A stretch of DNA of 64,000 nt from Rhodospirillales bacterium (GCA_038143065.1 JAYQLI010000035.1:1152001-1216000), one strand, 5' to 3'. Positions 50,710-61,218 are shown, numbered from the stretch's first letter. Translations and numbers: made by a program. Notes: generated by a model not told the origin, from the sequence alone.

Positions 50710-51996
50710 TCACTTACTCATGATGGATTGCCGATAAAATGAAATACCGCGCAGAACATCAAGAGCTCTGATTAATTGATAATCTTGTGCAGCCGCCTTT
50801 GCTTCTTTTTCCTCTCGCGTCAGAGGAGCTTCATCTGCAGTTTTTTCTCCCGAACTATCCAATGCACCATCCAAATCAGCTTCACGACGGCGCATAGATG
50901 TATCCACAGCCTCCACTTTTGCTGGAGGAACATTGATGTCCGGTTCAATCCCTTTTGCTTGAATAGAAATTCCTGAGGGCGTGTAGTAGCGCGCAATAGT
51001 TAGTCTGATGGCTCCATGTCCAGGTATGCGCTGAATTGTTTGAACCGAACCTTTCCCAAAAGTACGCTCACCCACTAAAATTGCTCGGCCATGATCATGC
51101 AGAGCTCCTGCAACAATTTCTGAAGCGGAGGCTGAGCCACCATTGATAAGAATTACCATCGGCAATCCATCAATGATGTCGCCAGCCTCTGCATTATATC
51201 GTTGAGCTTTTTGTTTTTCTCTTCCACGAGTTGAAACAATTTCACCCTTGTCTAAGAACGCATCAGAAACCGATATCGCTTGGTCAAGAAGACCTCCGGG
51301 ATTATTTCGGAGATCAAGGACAAAGCCCTCAATGTCTTCGCCTATCTCTTTCTTCAGCCCATCAACGGCTTTAATCAAATTTGGCTCGGTTTGGCGAGTA
51401 AAGCTGGAAATCCGGATGTAACCAATTTTACCCTCTGATCTAGCACGGATAGGACTTACCTTAATCACAGCCCTCACGATTTCTACATCAAAAGGGGCTT
51501 GTTCTCCTCGGCGCACCGTAAGCTTGATCTTATCTCCTACTTTGCCACGCATCAGTTTTACGGCATCACCCAAAGCCATACCTCTTACAGTCTTTCCGTC
51601 TAAGGCAATGATAAGATCGTTGGGTTGCATACCCGCCTTTGCAGCGGGAGTGTCATCTATTGGAGACACAACTTTAACGTAACCACCCTCCATTGTGACT
51701 TCGATACCTAAGCCACCAAACTCTCCGCGAGTGTCCACATCAAGACGCTTCCTGTCTTCTTCATCGAGGTATGAAGAATGCGGATCAAGCGAAGTCAGCA
51801 TTCCATCTATTGCAGCCTTAATTAACTCCGCATCGCTAACCTCTTCGACATAATCAGAACGAATGCGGTCAAGAACGGTCCCGAAGAGCTCAAGCTGTTT
51901 GTATGTATCCGATGAGTTCTTAGAGGACTGTGCTTGAACTTGGCTTGCAGACAAAAACACAAAAGCAGTTGTTGCGGCAATTGTAATAAATCGCAT
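50710..51996 (-). CDS. ctpA: Carboxyl-terminal processing protease, S41 family
   Basis: Signal peptide, LDPHSSY, PDZ GGLGIEV, DLRNNPGGLL, SASASEI, TFGKGSVQ. Confidence 0.94.
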   Translation of the reverse strand: MRFITIAATTAFVFLSASQVQAQSSKNSSDTYKQLELFGTVLDRIRSDYVEEVSDAELIKAAIDGMLTSLDPHSSYLDEEDRKRLDVDTRGEFGGLGIEVTMEGGYVKVVSPIDDTPAAKAGMQPNDLIIALDGKTVRGMALGDAVKLMRGKVGDKIKLTVRRGEQAPFDVEIVRAVIKVSPIRARSEGKIGYIRISSFTRQTEPNLIKAVDGLKKEIGEDIEGFVLDLRNNPGGLLDQAISVSDAFLDKGEIVSTRGREKQKAQRYNAEAGDIIDGLPMVILINGGSASASEIVAGALHDHGRAILVGERTFGKGSVQTIQRIPGHGAIRLTIARYYTPSGISIQAKGIEPDINVPPAKVEAVDTSMRRREADLDGALDSSGEKTADEAPLTREEKEAKAAAQDYQLIRALDVLRGISFYRQSIMSK

Positions 51997-52012
51997 GTAG
52001 AAGCGGCATCCT

Positions 52013-52151
52013 TTATAACGAAGAGGCAATCCAAGGTGCGGGATCAATTGAATTTTCCATTTTTTCTTATTTCGACATATAGCTCAGGAGCGGCTAACTC
52101 GGAAGTACCTGCGCGCAATCGCTCCGGCAAAGCACCTATTCTTCCCTTGCT
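52013..52151 (-). pseudogene. envC: C-terminal remnant of an EnvC-like (M23/LytM) murein hydrolase activator
   Basis: Minus strand reads IGALP..APELYVEIRKNG then (shifted) SIDPAPWIASSL*; in-frame stop at 52152-52154; envC normally precedes ctpA. Confidence 0.75.
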
Positions 52152-52295
52152 TTAGTGGGCTCAAGCACTTGCTCTGGATAATTTATTTGACTGTTGACAT
52201 CCTCATGCGGAGTCTAGGCAGAAACCAAAACAACCACCGGATAGTTTAAAGCAGGACTACGATACAAACTACATAAGTATCTGGCTTTAAGAAAA

Positions 52296-53741
52296 TCAGA
52301 CCCGACGCAAGGCACGGCCAGGACACTCTCCCGTTGGCTTACCGGCCCACCAGATAAATGTTCCATTGTTCATCACTGCATCAATACCCTGCGCAGGCAG
52401 AGTTGGCTGATCGAAACTTGCACTATCCAAAATAGTTTCGGGATCAAAAATAACTATATCAGCAAAAGAGCCTTCGCTGATTAAACCACGTTCCCACAAT
52501 CCAAATACAGTCGCAGGAACAGAGGTCATCCTTCTTACCGCCTCTTCCAAAGACAATAATCCTACTTCACGTACATAGTGACCTAACACACGCGGAAATG
52601 TGCCCCATAGCCTTGGATGAGGCTTTTCATCATGAGGAATCCCATCAGACCCAATCATTGTATCTTCGAACGATATAACTTCTTGAACGTCTTCCTCCGC
52701 CATAGAAAAGTATATTGCTCCCGCGGGCTGAAGGCGATCAACCATCTTTTCAGGAGTTTGCTGATATTCCATTGCAAGTTCAGCTAAGTCGCGACCCGCG
52801 ACCTCAGGCATAGGTTCTGACCAGGTGATTAATACTTTAGCTGAATCAGCTACACGCTCTGCTAATAATACAGTTGAGCTCGCTATATAGGGATAAACGT
52901 CAAGTGCCACTTTTTGAGTTTTTCTAGCTTCTCTAATTAAAGGAAGACTCTCCTTCACGCGTCCGTGATTTCCTACACCAGATGCCTTGTGGTGCGATAA
53001 AACTACAGGAGCATTACTCCTCAAACCTATCTCAAGAGCTTCTTGAACTGATTCTAAGAGTTTAGATCCTTCGTCCCGCAGATGTGTGGCATACAAACCT
53101 CCAGCTGCCCCAGCAATTTCTGTCAAAGCGACGACTTCATCAGTAGAGGCAGCGCGAGCTGGCGGGTAAAACAATCCCGTTGATAGGCCTATTGCACCAG
53201 CATCCATTGCTTCGGCCACATGCGCACGCATTGTAACAATTTCGTCGTGTTTGGCCGGTTGATACAGGTCGGAAACTTCACTAATGCGAAGTGTCTGGTG
53301 GCCCACAAGGAAAGCAGCATTTGTTGCTGCAGGCTTATGATCTACGGCATCTAAAAATGCGCCAAACGAAGAGAAGCGAACAGGGTCAAGTCCAAAAATT
53401 AGATCCAAGGGTGGCTTTGGCCGTCCAGGGGATGAGAAGGGCGCAAGGCTGACTCCACAATTACCTACAATGACTGTTGTCACTCCTTGCGAGGACTTTG
53501 CCTTCATTGCAGGATCAGCAAATAGCAAGCGGTCGTCATGCGTATGAGCATCAATAAAGCCAGGCGCCACAATCTTACTTGAAGCATCCACGCGTTTATC
53601 TGCCCTGGCAGCGGATAGATCTCCGACGAACTCTATACGATCACCAAGAATGCCAACGTCTGCTTTAAAACGCGGACCGCCAGAACCATCAATCACAGTC
53701 CCATCAGCAAAAATTACATCAAAATGCTCAGCGTTTTCCAT
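52296..53741 (-). CDS. N-acyl-D-amino-acid deacylase (D-aminoacylase) family amidohydrolase
   Basis: PGFIDAHTHDD, QGVTTVIVGNCG, ATHLRDE, SHHK, GSDG..HPRLWGTFPRVLG. Confidence 0.92.
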   Translation of the reverse strand: MENAEHFDVIFADGTVIDGSGGPRFKADVGILGDRIEFVGDLSAARADKRVDASSKIVAPGFIDAHTHDDRLLFADPAMKAKSSQGVTTVIVGNCGVSLAPFSSPGRPKPPLDLIFGLDPVRFSSFGAFLDAVDHKPAATNAAFLVGHQTLRISEVSDLYQPAKHDEIVTMRAHVAEAMDAGAIGLSTGLFYPPARAASTDEVVALTEIAGAAGGLYATHLRDEGSKLLESVQEALEIGLRSNAPVVLSHHKASGVGNHGRVKESLPLIREARKTQKVALDVYPYIASSTVLLAERVADSAKVLITWSEPMPEVAGRDLAELAMEYQQTPEKMVDRLQPAGAIYFSMAEEDVQEVISFEDTMIGSDGIPHDEKPHPRLWGTFPRVLGHYVREVGLLSLEEAVRRMTSVPATVFGLWERGLISEGSFADIVIFDPETILDSASFDQPTLPAQGIDAVMNNGTFIWWAGKPTGECPGRALRRV

Positions 53742-53746
53742 AAAAC

Positions 53747-54451
53747 TTATTCCTGTATCCGCAGTGGCGAAGGAGCGGCTGGAAGACTTATACCAAAGCG
53801 TCGCTCGAGCGTATCTTGTATGAGTGCATAACTGGATCCAAATCTCACCACTTCAAAAGTGGCAAGATTTAGAAGTGTCGATGACGCCCTATAAGGCCAG
53901 CATTTTCTCAACCCATGGTCTATGACAACATCTGCAATAGCGAGGATATCTGGCTCAATATCTCTCGCACGAAACTTTGTACCTTGCATTGAAAGATTCG
54001 CTGAAGATCCGAAAAGCGCATGACCCGCCTCTCGACTTCGTCGCGATATGGCCGAGTGAAATGGGCCCGCATTTGTCAACATACAGAGAGTTTTATTCTT
54101 AGTTGACATGTCCAACGCCTGCGGGTCCATAGATGCAAGCATTGGATGATCCATTCGGCATGGGCCAATCACTCCTAATGGAAGATCATCATCAAGAGTG
54201 ATTGCATCAAAAACATCCCAACTGCGATCCGGCAGCAAATATAGTTCACGGGCAAGTTCATTATCGCCTATCATGGCATTAAATTTTGAAGGCTCACGTC
54301 GTTTAGCTTCAAAAATTCGACGCAAGGCCGAGAGTGAACCACCTATGGCTGAATAGCCAACGTCCATAGGCATGATTGCAATCCCACCAGATTTTAAGAC
54401 TGCGAAAGCTTTGTCAGCCTCTGAAGCCATAAAAGGCGTTTCGGGTTGCAT
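53747..54451 (-). CDS. Divergent Sua5/YrdC/TsaC-like protein
   Basis: AFAVLKSGGIAIMP.D.GY, IFEAKRR..K, GSSANLS, ADVVID.G, SSTLL..VVRFG. Confidence 0.75.
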   Translation of the reverse strand: MQPETPFMASEADKAFAVLKSGGIAIMPMDVGYSAIGGSLSALRRIFEAKRREPSKFNAMIGDNELARELYLLPDRSWDVFDAITLDDDLPLGVIGPCRMDHPMLASMDPQALDMSTKNKTLCMLTNAGPFHSAISRRSREAGHALFGSSANLSMQGTKFRARDIEPDILAIADVVIDHGLRKCWPYRASSTLLNLATFEVVRFGSSYALIQDTLERRFGISLPAAPSPLRIQE

Positions 54452-54478
54452 GAGTGATCTCCTCTGAAAACTCTTACT

Positions 54479-55873
54479 TCAAGCCAAACGGCGAAAAGAC
54501 CAGGCTAAAATTGCACCAACAAATGCTGCTGCCGCAGCAACTAAGAACACCGTGTTATAGCCTTGCAGGAAAGCATCGACCGCTCCTACATCATTTTGCA
54601 GTGCAGATTTTTGCACATGACTGAACAATAAGGTCAGCATCGAAGCCGCTGCAATTACACCTATTGTTCTGGTGACCATCGCCAAACCACCCGCAACCCC
54701 TCGATCTTTTTCTGGCAAGATACTTGTAACACCATCTAGATAGGCTGTCTGAAACAAACCTAGGCCAACTCCAGCTATTGCTAGAGTTAAAATAACCTCC
54801 GCCAGTGTTCCGTCTGTCTGCACCTGACCAATTAGTCCAAGTCCTAAGGCTGCTAAGCTTGCCCCAAATACAGCGACTGTAGCCCCAGAAATTCGTTCAA
54901 TCATTCGCCCTGCTAAAGCTGCAGCTATCGCCGCACCCAACGCCCCAATTGCAAGAGCTAATCCTCCCGATGCTGCGTCAAATCCAACATGGCGTGTCAA
55001 GAAAAAAGGAGTGAACAGAAGAGGAGTAAAGGTTGCACCACAAATGATAATATTTAGGACATTTAGAAGACAAAACCTGATATTCTGAAAAGCACGGATC
55101 TGCAGCACAGGATCCGAGGCAGTTTTCTCAACTCTGACAAAAAATACTGCTGAAACAAATCCCAAAAACCCAACACATAAGGCTTCTACTGTTAGGCTCC
55201 ATCTAGCTAAGCTGAGCGCTAACGCAAAACTAGCAAGTGTTACCACAAGAAGAATAGCTCCTAAAAAGTCAAAAGACGTTTCAAGGTCTCGGTTGCCTCT
55301 ATCTGAAGGCAATGTCCACAGAAGTCCTAGCACTGTTAAAGCCAAGGGAATTCGAAACCAAAAGACAGCTTGCCAACCAAAAGCATCCGTTAAAGCGCCT
55401 CCAATCACAGGCCCAATAGCACCAGCAGCAGCAAACATCGCCGCATAGTAACCAATCACTCTGCTCCGCTGACTTTCAGGATACAAGGAGGTAGCAAGCG
55501 CCGGGCCGCAGGCAATTGCGAGTGCAGTTCCTAGACCTTGCGCAACTCTCGCTGGCAACAATGCACCAAAACTTGGTGCCAATGAGCATGCGGCAAGTCC
55601 AATACAACTGGCTGCCAGACCTATTTTGAATATGCGCCTACGGCCATAGCGGTCGCCAAGTTTTCCTGCAATCAAAGTCAGACTAGAATAAGTTAGTACA
55701 TAACAGATTATGATCCATTGGATCATTTCTAGTGGTAATTGAAACTCCCCAACAATTGCCGGAAAAGCGATATTCACCGCTGTATCTAAGGGACCGACAG
55801 CAACACCACACCCCACTACTATTAGACCAGTAATAGCCTTAGCTCGCCGAGTTGCGGAATCACTCACAAACAA
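54479..55873 (-). CDS. MFS transporter, DHA2/EmrB-like
   Basis: LDTAVNIAFP, motif A GKLGDRYGRR, ARVAQGLG, motif C GPVIGG, FDFLG. Confidence 0.92.
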   Translation of the reverse strand: MFVSDSATRRAKAITGLIVVGCGVAVGPLDTAVNIAFPAIVGEFQLPLEMIQWIIICYVLTYSSLTLIAGKLGDRYGRRRIFKIGLAASCIGLAACSLAPSFGALLPARVAQGLGTALAIACGPALATSLYPESQRSRVIGYYAAMFAAAGAIGPVIGGALTDAFGWQAVFWFRIPLALTVLGLLWTLPSDRGNRDLETSFDFLGAILLVVTLASFALALSLARWSLTVEALCVGFLGFVSAVFFVRVEKTASDPVLQIRAFQNIRFCLLNVLNIIICGATFTPLLFTPFFLTRHVGFDAASGGLALAIGALGAAIAAALAGRMIERISGATVAVFGASLAALGLGLIGQVQTDGTLAEVILTLAIAGVGLGLFQTAYLDGVTSILPEKDRGVAGGLAMVTRTIGVIAAASMLTLLFSHVQKSALQNDVGAVDAFLQGYNTVFLVAAAAAFVGAILAWSFRRLA

Positions 55874-55919
55874 AACCTAACTGTCGAATTAAAAGTTTGT
55901 TGACATGCGAGAACTGGGA

Positions 55920-56615
55920 TCATCCGTTTGAAGTATCCATAGTTTGTGCGGTTAGTTTAACCGCCAGATCCGCTGAAATCAGGGAATTCATAGAAAGGCG
56001 CATAACGGGGTATCTATTAAAAAGGCCGGTAAGTTTTTCATGTGAAGGAAAGACAACGCAACTGTGTTTCCGCGTAAACAGCTGCAGTTGTCCTGCCTCC
56101 ATTCAAAAAACTAATCTCTCCGATAACTGATCCTGGGCCGAGTTGAGCTATTGCAAGATCCTTCCTTTAACTATCGCTTTGCCTTCAACTTTTACAAAAA
56201 GATTGTTGGAGGATATGTTTTCATCGAGAATTTGATACCCCTTTGAAAAAGATTTTCTTTCTGCGATATTCAATAAGCGCATGAATTCGACAGTATCGAA
56301 ACCTCTAAAAATAGTAGAGTGGAGTTCACGTTCCTCCTCGGAAAAACGGACAGCTCTGCGTTCAGAAAAAATACCATAAATCCGCCACAGATGGATTAGC
56401 GAAAATATAACGAGCCAAAAGATTACAAGCCAAAGTGGCCCGCCTGGCAAAAAGTAATTGTAGCTAATGCCTAACAAACCTGAAACTACGCCTAAAAAGC
56501 GCAAAAGCAGCATATCTCTCATTGCTAGTGAAGCAGCTGTTACCGCAAACGAAAGATGACCAACTAAATTTAAAAGGGTAATCTGATCCGCAAGCACTTC
56601 TTGGATCTCTAACAT
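55920..56615 (-). CDS. Popeye-like membrane protein with C-terminal cNMP-binding-type domain (frameshifts near 56165 and 56045)
   Basis: Three TM segments with RDMLLLR, LWLVIFW..F..IH, FSEEERELH..F..F...EF; shifted frames give AQLGPGSVIGEISFL..TTAAV and ISADLAVKL. Confidence 0.78.
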
Positions 56616-56620
56616 TCTAC

Positions 56621-57783
56621 TTAGCCAGAAACTTTCTTGAAGGGAGAAAATTCCTCGAGAAATTCAATCTCTTCTCCAACGGCTTCAAGCTCTCGCTCAA
56701 GAAAATCTCCGACAGCTCGTCTGAAATTAGGATCTACTATGTAGTGGATGCTGTAAGTTTGAGCGGGCAAATAACCTCTTTGTAACTTATGCTGCCCTTG
56801 AGCACCGGCTTCTACTCTTCTGAGACCCCGTTGGATGGCAAATTCGATAGCTTGGTAATAGCAAGCCTCAAAATGTAAATTCTTAAAATTGTCGGAACAG
56901 CCCCAATTTCTTCCGTACAGAGTATCTGAGCCAATCAAATTTAGAGCTCCTGCCACCCATTCTCCTTCATATTCAGCCATCACTAGCGCGACACGGTCAG
57001 GCATACGTTCATGAAGATAAGAAAAAAACGGTCGCTTAAGGTAATCCCAACCCCATTTCTTATCTGTTGTGTTTCTATAAAAGCGGTAGAAAGCGTCCCA
57101 ATGCTCTGTTTTTAGACTTTCACCAGTAAAAACGCTCATCTTAACGCCTTGCTTATAAACTGCCTCGCGTTCCTTTTTTATGTTTTTTCGCTTTCGGCTC
57201 GAAAGAGCATCCAAAAAATCCTGGAATGTCTTGTAATTCGCGTTAGTCCAATGAAACTGTTGGCCGGATCTTTGAAGAAACCCTAGGCTCCCCATCCGTT
57301 CCCATTCCCCTCGGGTTAGAAAATTAACGTGAAGGGTAGCGACATTGGTTTGCTCAACAACCTTAAGTAAAGCCTGTACAAGAACGGTTTCATAAGTCGC
57401 AATGTCTAAACCTGGACGGACTAAAAAACGCTTTCCAGTTACTGGGGTAAAAGGTACCGCCGATAAAAGCTTAGGTAGTACTGGCCACCTGCCTTTTCCC
57501 AAGCATGTGCCCAACTATGATCAAAGACGTACTCACCTTGCGAATGCCCTTTTAAATATAATGGCATCGCGGCAGCCATCACACCATTCGGATCAGTTGC
57601 AACTATATGCCGAGGCAACCAACCCTCTTCTGCCGAAACTGAAAGACTCTCTTCTAATGAGCTCAGAAAGTCATGGCATAGAAAAGGGTTATCCGCTCCA
57701 GCACATTCGTCCCAATCCGAACGATTTATGTCGGATATGCGCTCTAGCACGCGGACTTCGATATCACTTTCCCTATCAGCCAT
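56621..57783 (-). CDS. GNAT-fold FemAB-like (DUF482) protein (frameshift near 57475)
   Basis: NPFLCHDFL..LEES, LYLKGHSQGEYVFDHSWA, PFTPVTG.R, LYGRNWG, LHFEACYYQ, EAGAQGQHK. Confidence 0.92.
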
Positions 57784-57806
57784 TTATTTAAGCCATGGTA
57801 ATAGGA

Positions 57807-58270
57807 CTAAGAGATCTCAAACACCGCATCTATTTCAACGGAGTAATTAAACGGTAAATTCGGTGCACCAACTGCAAAGCGTGCATGAGAACCAATTTCT
57901 CCAAACACTTCTACCATTAAATCAGAAGCTCCATTAATTACTGCAGGTTGTTGATCAAAATCTGGAGAACAATTTACAAAGCCCCGAGTTTCACGCAGCG
58001 CGAAACTCGGTCCAGATTGCCTTCAAGGGCCGCATTCAATTGCCCTAAAATAGCTAGCGCACAGGCACGAGCTGCCTTTAGGGCATGGTCAATGTCTACT
58101 TCGGATCCAACTTTACCGATAAACTTTTCTGCACCAACTGCAGATACCTGACCAGAAATAAAAACCAAATTACCAGTGATCACAAATGGCACGTAGTTAG
58201 CAACTGGCTTTGGGGCGTCGGGCAAATTAATCCCAAGCTCTTGTAATCGAGCAGCTACACGACCGGCCAT
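57807..58270 (-). CDS. RidA (YjgF/YER057c) family protein (frameshift near 57975)
   Basis: PVANYVP, FISGQ; shifted frame NGASDLMVEVFGEIGSHARFAVG..VEIDAVFEIS*. Confidence 0.9.
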
Positions 58271-58375
58271 TCGAATATCCTCTCAATAATGATTATCAAT
58301 TGATCAGCTAAAAAATATTATACTTACACAAGGTTAATTGCCATGTTTGCTCCTCAAAACATGAGGCCAATAACC

Positions 58376-59089
58376 CTATTCCTTTTTCCTACTTGCTTCA
58401 TATCTCGCGATATTTTCAGCGTTCGGTGGGTATAGTCCAGGAAGAGATGCTCCGGCCTCAACCTCAGACATAATCCATTCTTCTTGTGCTTCTTGTTCTG
58501 CACCCTGAACTGCCACCTCTTCGACAATGGATCGCGGAATAATCACCGCACCATCGTCATCCGCGACAACAGCATCGCCGGGAACAATGCACACTCCCCC
58601 ACACGCAATAGTCTCCTGCCATCCAACAAAGTGCAATGCTGCGACAGAAGGCGGTGCTGCTGCCCCTGTTGCCCAGACCGGTAAGCCAGTTCCCATGACG
58701 CCAGCCAGATCACGCATAACGCCATCAGTAATTAGACCTTGAACACCCTTTTTTACCATCCGCGCGCAAAGAATATCGCCAAAAATTCCAGCATCAGAGG
58801 AGCCCATAGCATCAGCGACTACCATCGTTCCTGAGGGCATTGCCTCGATTGCGGCACGAGTGGAAACTGGAGATGACCAAGAAGCAGGGCTAGCTAAGTC
58901 CTCCCTGTAAGGAACAAAACGCAAAGTGAATGCAGGGCCAGCATGGCGTTCACCACCGGGTCTAAGAGGCGTAGCACGACGAATCCAGGTGTTTCGAAGC
59001 CCTTTCTTCAGAAGAACAGTGGTTAATGTTGCAGTCGTAATACCCGCCAATGTTTTAAAAACTTCAGGGGCAATTGGTTCTTCTTTCAT
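58376..59089 (-). CDS. RraA / HMG-CHA aldolase family protein
   Basis: TATLTTVLLKKGLRN, GPAFTLRFVP.RED, GIFGDIL, TDGVMRD, PGDAVVADDDG, GLYPP. Confidence 0.88.
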   Translation of the reverse strand: MKEEPIAPEVFKTLAGITTATLTTVLLKKGLRNTWIRRATPLRPGGERHAGPAFTLRFVPYREDLASPASWSSPVSTRAAIEAMPSGTMVVADAMGSSDAGIFGDILCARMVKKGVQGLITDGVMRDLAGVMGTGLPVWATGAAAPPSVAALHFVGWQETIACGGVCIVPGDAVVADDDGAVIIPRSIVEEVAVQGAEQEAQEEWIMSEVEAGASLPGLYPPNAENIARYEASRKKE

Positions 59090-59150
59090 AATGATCTCCT
59101 GACTGATCGAATGGCTGGCATACAAATAAATTTTAGCGTGTAATTATACT

Positions 59151-60466
59151 ATGATTAGTCAGTTGTCTCATACGCTCATATTTTTAACTGCAATTATTAT
59201 TTTTGCAGTAGCGCCAGCAGATAGCGAACCCGTTTCTGAATTGATTCTTCATCATCCTGGTGGTACCGCTACGCCCGAAATTATTGAACCTGACACAGCT
59301 TTTTCCCGCCCAGTTGCAACACTGCCAAGTTCGGCTTTGCCGCATTTTACTGCTGGAGCGACACTCTTCTACACTCGATGGGTTGCGAGACCGGCTAAGC
59401 AGCCAGCCTTGAAGGCCTTGGTCCTTTGTTCAACGCACTTTCCTGCGAGCAATGCCATCGCAATGATGGCAGAGGGCGTCCGCCGAAAGATAATATCGTT
59501 GAAGCTGAAGTAACGGGAACAGTGGTGAAATTTCCACTAAAAAGCCAAAATTATGGTCTGCAATTGCAAGACCGAGCTGTTGGGGGATTAAGACCAGAAG
59601 GGCAACTTCAGCGGGTCATGTTTTCAAAAGAAGAATTTTACGCCGACGGGGAAAAAGTTACCCTGTTCTATCCGAGCTGGGCAATCACTAGTTTTAAGAT
59701 AGCCCCACTTCCACAAACCTATTCAGTCAGAACAGCCCCTGCAATTTTTGGATTGGGACTTCTCGAAGCAATACCTGCACAGCGACTGGATAGTCTTGCT
59801 GACCCTGAAGACCAGAATAATGACGGCATATCCGGCCGACGAGGGATTGGGCGCTTTGGTTGGAGAGCTACGCAAACTTCTCTTCTACAACAAACTGCAC
59901 ATGCCTTAATTAACGATATGGGAATTTCATCAAATCTCTATCCCTCAGCTTTTGGCGATTGCACTATCAATCAAAAAAACTGTCATATGATGGCTGGCAC
60001 AGGGTTAGAGGCAGATACAAAATTTCTGCAGACCGTTACAGACTACGTCGCTAACCTTGGGCCACCGCCCCGATCCGGCGAACCTGAAAAGTTCAAGGCT
60101 GGCCGCACTCTATTTCATAGCCTTAATTGCCATAGGTGCCACACTCCAAGTCACAAGACTGGAGAACATCGTCTTACTTGGTTATCTGGACATAAAATCT
60201 GGCCTTACACTGATCTTCTTCTCCACGATATGGGAGACGGTCTTGCCGATGGTGGCGGAAGGGAATGGCGCACACCTCCTTTATGGGGGTTAGGCCGACA
60301 CAAAGCAGTAAACGGCAACTCTTTCTATCTACACGATGGCCGAGCAATGACACTTGAACAAGCACTGTTGTGGCATGGTGGCGAGGCAGAGTCATCGCGC
60401 GAAAACTTCAAAAAACTACCTGTGACAGATAGGACTGCACTAATAGATTTTCTAGAAAGTTTATAG
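59151..60466 (+). CDS. Di-heme oxidoreductase (DHOR/thiol oxidoreductase) family exported protein (frameshift near 59400)
   Basis: Signal peptide; GLGPLFNA.SCEQCH..DGRG, GLGLLEAIP, GRFGW, CHRCH, YTDLLLHDMG, WRTPPLWG, LHDGRA, WHGGEA. Confidence 0.9.
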
Positions 60467-60559
60467 GCTTGGAAGGCCATCAAGCTACAGTCTTTACCAT
60501 GCTGCTGATGAGCTTTACCTATACCTATCTTCGCTTTTACCCTGAGAGGGAACGCTTTA

Positions 60560-61186
60560 ATGCTCGATTTCTATTTCTCGCCAGGATCGTGTGCACTTGC
60601 CAGCCACATATTGCTAGAAGAGATCGGCGCCAAATACCAGTCACATCGGATCGACTTTTCTCAGAATGAGCAACAGGGTGAAGCCTACTTAAAATTAAAT
60701 CCCAAAGGCCGAGTACCAGCACTTTCTACACAGAATGGCACTCTTACAGAAACACCCGCGATTTTAGTCTATTTAGCAGAAACACATGATCGGGGAGATC
60801 TCATTTTTAAAGCAGACCCCTATAGATTTGCTCGTATGCAGTCTTTTAATAACTACCTCTGCGCCACTGTACACGTTGCTCATGCGCACAAAGGTCGTGG
60901 ACACCGTTGGGCAAGTGAACCGGGTGCCATCAAGGCAATGCAAGCCCATGTTCCTACGGCCATGTCATTATGCTTTGAGTATCTTGAAAATGAAGGAGTT
61001 ACAGGTCCCTTCGTAATGGGAGAGACGTACTCCGTCGCAGACCCTTACCTTTATACGATTTGTCGCTGGGCTCCTGCGGACGGAGTTGATATTAGCAAAC
61101 TACCAAAAATAAAGGCTCATATGGAAATCATGGCCAAGAGAGAGTCTACCCTTCGCGCTCTTAGTGCGGAGGGACTTCAGCCTTGA
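60560..61186 (+). CDS. Glutathione S-transferase (beta-class-like)
   Basis: SPGSCALASHILLEE, NPKGRVPAL, LTETPAIL.YL, YSVADPYL. Confidence 0.93.
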   Translation: MLDFYFSPGSCALASHILLEEIGAKYQSHRIDFSQNEQQGEAYLKLNPKGRVPALSTQNGTLTETPAILVYLAETHDRGDLIFKADPYRFARMQSFNNYLCATVHVAHAHKGRGHRWASEPGAIKAMQAHVPTAMSLCFEYLENEGVTGPFVMGETYSVADPYLYTICRWAPADGVDISKLPKIKAHMEIMAKRESTLRALSAEGLQP

Positions 61187-61218
61187 AGGAAAGTCTTAAC
61201 CTTACTTCGAAGACCTTT

